20,000 bases of DNA from an uncultured virus (IMG/VR IMGVR_UViG_3300030012_003218) (Duplodnaviria > Heunggongvirae > Uroviricota > Caudoviricetes), in the IMG/VR virus record IMGVR_UViG_3300030012_003218, positions 56,076 through 76,075 of that record. The stretch is one strand, 5' to 3'. Below are positions 17,162 to 20,000 of this stretch, one piece after another. A program made the position numbers and the translations under genes. Position 1 is the first letter of the stretch. Every line of letters begins with the position of its first letter. Below the pieces are notes generated by a model, which was given only the letters and a program-made list of their open reading frames with translations, had not been told where the DNA came from and did no database searches.

Positions 17162-17745
17162 TACTGTTCCGTGTTAAAAAAGAATGTTTGAAACAATCTT
17201 CCATCATATTTGTCTTTACCAAAATAATCTAATGATTGATGAAAGAAATCACCTCTATAGATTATCAGTCTATTATATATATTTGCGAACCTATCTACAA
17301 GTTCCCATTTTGTATAATCTTGTGAGTCTGAATATATCGTACTTAGTAGAGCCTGGTCTGTTTCACCATTTGATAGTTTAGGACATTCTATCTGTCCTGT
17401 AGGTTTGTGTTTAAAAATACCTGTACCTGAACTAAGTGGTGCGTTTGGTGTTAAAAAACAAACACCTGCCCATCTTGTTGTTTGGTCACAATGAATCCAA
17501 CTTCTATCTCTTGCAGTTGTGAACTGATACGCTCCTGTGTATTCTTCACTACCCCAATATGTAACATTACCCCATTGAGGTGAAATTACATTGTTTATTG
17601 TTTCTTTTATTGAATCGTTTAAGAATGATTTTGTTCGGGGGCCTGGATAATTACCCACAACGTCAAAATCTTGTTGTAATGCGAACTCTCTTACTTCATC
17701 CGCATTAGTATAGAAATCATCTATAATAAATGCATTTGCTCTCAT
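17161..17745 (-). CDS. DUF6445-like 2OG-Fe(II) oxygenase-fold protein
   Basis: IIDDFYTNADEVREFAL, GNYPGPRT, WIHCD, NRLIIYRGDFFH, RLFQTFFF. Confidence 0.8.
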   Translation of the reverse strand: MRANAFIIDDFYTNADEVREFALQQDFDVVGNYPGPRTKSFLNDSIKETINNVISPQWGNVTYWGSEEYTGAYQFTTARDRSWIHCDQTTRWAGVCFLTPNAPLSSGTGIFKHKPTGQIECPKLSNGETDQALLSTIYSDSQDYTKWELVDRFANIYNRLIIYRGDFFHQSLDYFGKDKYDGRLFQTFFFNTEQ

Positions 17746-17760
17746 AACTTCTTTCTAAAT

Positions 17761-17907
17761 CTAAATCGTTCTAAATCTTCTCGATGAATTCCAATGTACC
17801 CTTGGAGTTGCTCCTAAGAACTTTTTTCTGTGGACTCTGTCATTGAAATCGTTACGGGTCTGATTTAGTTGTGTATTACCGTTTTGTTGGTCTTGATTTG
17901 TAATCAT
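17761..17907 (-). CDS. hypothetical protein (48 aa, MITNQDQQNGNT...)
   Basis: Manual translation; fills the gap between genes. Confidence 0.5.
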   Translation of the reverse strand: MITNQDQQNGNTQLNQTRNDFNDRVHRKKFLGATPRVHWNSSRRFRTI

Positions 17908-17915
17908 CTTTTTAT

Positions 17916-18830
17916 TTACATATACTTTGTTATACTATCGGGAGCGTTATTTTTTACCCAATTAAAAAGTTTTTCTTTCCAAACTTTCTCAGGTAATATT
18001 CCCCCACCTTCTTTCTTGACGGGTAGAGATAAAAATCCTTTTGCGATTCCTTCAACCTCGTTTCCATCTGCGTCTTTATATTTGACTGTATGTTTTGGGT
18101 TGTTTAGAATTACATCTACTCTACCGTTTACACCTTTAGGCATTGCTTTTGTTATCAATCCCCAAACAGTGTTTGCTGCACCTTCATGAGTTTTTAATAA
18201 AATATCCTCAGGTACCATTCTCTCTCTTTGTTTGTTGTTGTCCATTGCAGTTACGAAGTTAGTAAGAATCCACGTTAAGTGAACATTTTTAGATTGGTAT
18301 CCTGCTTTCTTTAACATAGGAATTACCTTCGTAATATCTGAAACATCTTTTGCTGTAATATCAAACATAATATTAGGAAGTGTCTCAGGATTATCTTTAC
18401 CTACAAGTAATTTTTCTAATGAACTATCTTTGATACCCATTGCTTTTACTAACTGATGTAATGCTCTAACGTGGTTAGGTTGTTTCAGTTGTAAGTTTCT
18501 TAATTGAAATCCTTGTGATTGAATACTTCTAATATTTTCTATTTCTTTTGCTGGTATGTTTTTACCATACTTTTTCAAGATTCCATCTATATCGATTTTA
18601 CCTATTCTATTTAGAATCTGTAATTGTTTTTTCATTTTATCGACATCACGAACCTTGAACATTTCTTTATCTAAAAAGTGATTTGATGCGAATCCTTTAC
18701 CTGAACCTGCTCCACCTGCTAAGAAAACTACCTGACCGTATGGTTTTCTATTATTGTAAACCATTAACTTTTCGTTCAGTTGTTCTTCGTTAATTACTTC
18801 TAATATAAAATCTTTTATACTCCAACTCAT
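17916..18830 (-). CDS. P-loop NTPase/kinase (zeta-toxin/AAA_33-like)
   Basis: VFLAGGAGSGKG Walker A, IMFDIT, NKQRERMVPEDILLKTH lid. Confidence 0.75.
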   Translation of the reverse strand: MSWSIKDFILEVINEEQLNEKLMVYNNRKPYGQVVFLAGGAGSGKGFASNHFLDKEMFKVRDVDKMKKQLQILNRIGKIDIDGILKKYGKNIPAKEIENIRSIQSQGFQLRNLQLKQPNHVRALHQLVKAMGIKDSSLEKLLVGKDNPETLPNIMFDITAKDVSDITKVIPMLKKAGYQSKNVHLTWILTNFVTAMDNNKQRERMVPEDILLKTHEGAANTVWGLITKAMPKGVNGRVDVILNNPKHTVKYKDADGNEVEGIAKGFLSLPVKKEGGGILPEKVWKEKLFNWVKNNAPDSITKYM

Positions 18831-19009
18831 TTCTTAACTCCGTTATACGGAAACATCCTATTTAATTTTTCACGTCTTTTGTCACATCCGCAATCATCTG
18901 CTCCTGCGACTTCTGCGATTTTTTCAGCCAACTTATCTAATTTAGTTGCTGATGTGATTTTAGCTATGGTGTCACCTAAACCTTTTGATGGTATGTTAGT
19001 CTTCTTCAT
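18827..19009 (-). CDS. small phage protein with GLGDT...DCGC..R motif
   Basis: SKGLGDTIAKIT...DCGCDKRREKLN; motif familiar from Bacteroidota phage proteins, function unknown. Confidence 0.65.
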   Translation of the reverse strand: MKKTNIPSKGLGDTIAKITSATKLDKLAEKIAEVAGADDCGCDKRREKLNRMFPYNGVKK

Positions 19010-19247
19010 AGTAGTCTACTTCCACATTAAATCCGTTTTTAATAAATAGTTCATAATAATGGTCAACGATTAATTCATCACCTGTAAATATATCACAACG
19101 ACCTGTTGTATGAACTATATTTGCTATTGACTGACCTTGAGTAGTTGGATATGACATATACTTTCTTAAAATGTTTATGACATCCACAAAACTATTCACG
19201 TTATCATTTAATAAATATAAGGTTTTTTTTCTTTCCCCGTATGTCAT
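18996..19247 (-). CDS. clpS: ClpS-like N-degron adaptor of the Clp protease
   Basis: LYLLNDNVNSFVDVINIL...QGQSIANIVHTTGRCDIFTG follows the ClpS pattern (NDD.N.F..V...VH..G.C....G). Confidence 0.78.
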   Translation of the reverse strand: MTYGERKKTLYLLNDNVNSFVDVINILRKYMSYPTTQGQSIANIVHTTGRCDIFTGDELIVDHYYELFIKNGFNVEVDYYEED

Positions 19248-19444
19248 AAATCGTAATATACTACTTGTTCTATATCGTACTTGTTTTTAAACTTTGTGAT
19301 GTAAATTGGAACCTCGACTTCGTGACAAATCTCTGCTGCTACTTTGGTCCCACCTGGCTCATCTGTTACTACATATAAAATTCTGTTACCTAATTCTTTA
19401 GTACTTGATACTATATCATCAAGACTTTTTACTACTATTTTCAT
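19244..19444 (-). CDS. hypothetical protein
   Basis: 66-aa ORF overlapping its neighbours. Confidence 0.55.
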   Translation of the reverse strand: MKIVVKSLDDIVSSTKELGNRILYVVTDEPGGTKVAAEICHEVEVPIYITKFKNKYDIEQVVYYDL

Positions 19445-19628
19445 TTGTTCTCTCCAACATATCCATGAGTTCTTGAACGTGTTTACATTTCTCGTATTCT
19501 TCTGTTTCGAGATAATGGTCCATCATTTTCTTCAATACTCTTTTTTTAGTAGACCCATCAATAAAAGTTGGGTTGTACAACAATATGTCGTAAACCTCGT
19601 CTATCGCTTTGTCTACATAGTTATCCAT
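19419..19628 (-). CDS. small protein with a UVR (UvrB/UvrC)-like coiled-coil motif
   Basis: LKKMMDHYLETEEYEKCKHVQELMDML resembles the UVR E.YE.AA..RD motif. Confidence 0.55.
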   Translation of the reverse strand: MDNYVDKAIDEVYDILLYNPTFIDGSTKKRVLKKMMDHYLETEEYEKCKHVQELMDMLERTNENSSKKS

Positions 19629-19654
19629 AAATATAATTTGGAAAGTTAATAAAA

Positions 19655-19984
19655 CTAAATTTTACCTATTGCTTCGGAAAAAATCCACCCTAAAAGACCA
19701 ATTAGTCCACTAAATAGTACCCAAAGTGCTCTTGATACTGTAGATTTCCAATCTTGGAGTTTTTCTAACTCGTTTTCTAACTCTAAAACTCTCTCGGGAA
19801 CTTGTTCCATTTCTTCTCTTACTTCGGTGTTTTTGTTTACTCTGACTATTACACCATTCTCAGGATTGAGTAAAGTATATTTGATATCAGAGAAATCTTC
19901 TTTTAAATCTTGTTGAAACTCATGAAGACCATTAATAGTTTGTTCCATTCTTTTAAGTTCACCATTCGGTAACTTAGTCTTCAT
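19655..19984 (-). CDS. coiled-coil protein with a C-terminal TM helix (XhlA/holin-like topology)
   Basis: Heptad-rich body followed by ALWVLFSGLIGLLGWIF. Confidence 0.6.
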   Translation of the reverse strand: MKTKLPNGELKRMEQTINGLHEFQQDLKEDFSDIKYTLLNPENGVIVRVNKNTEVREEMEQVPERVLELENELEKLQDWKSTVSRALWVLFSGLIGLLGWIFSEAIGKI

Positions 19985-20000
19985 TTTACCTATCTCTACG

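Overview
AT-rich window with densely packed genes, all on the minus strand. It has many short hypothetical ORFs and scattered host-like genes: groEL, groES, a J-domain protein, clpS, a Nudix hydrolase, an NAD(P)H oxidoreductase, a cytidylyltransferase, a GT32 glycosyltransferase, sulfotransferases and 2OG-Fe(II) oxygenases. Promoters are Bacteroidota-type (TTTG-N20-TAnnTT) and start contexts are A/T-rich without evident Shine-Dalgarno motifs. The best reading (inference) is an accessory region of a large or jumbo phage of Bacteroidota; no virion genes are in view. Main observations: (1) a PvuII-like PD-(D/E)xK endonuclease at the left edge, missed by the ORF track, with apparent absence of GATC and scarcity of AGCT in the window; (2) a ~65-bp promoter cassette present five times, with a TTAACA-N5-TTAACA tandem box whose distal copy supplies the stop codon of the upstream gene in three cases; (3) a ~1-kb non-coding hub (2440-3490) with tandem promoters, a hairpin-rich GC-richer transcript candidate, DnaA-box-like and MraZ-box-like repeats and palindromes; (4) a second promoter-like motif, ATA(T/C)TTATA; (5) a phage proteostasis set and two oxygenase-sulfotransferase modules. 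All protein calls come from motif recognition by eye; no database searches were run.
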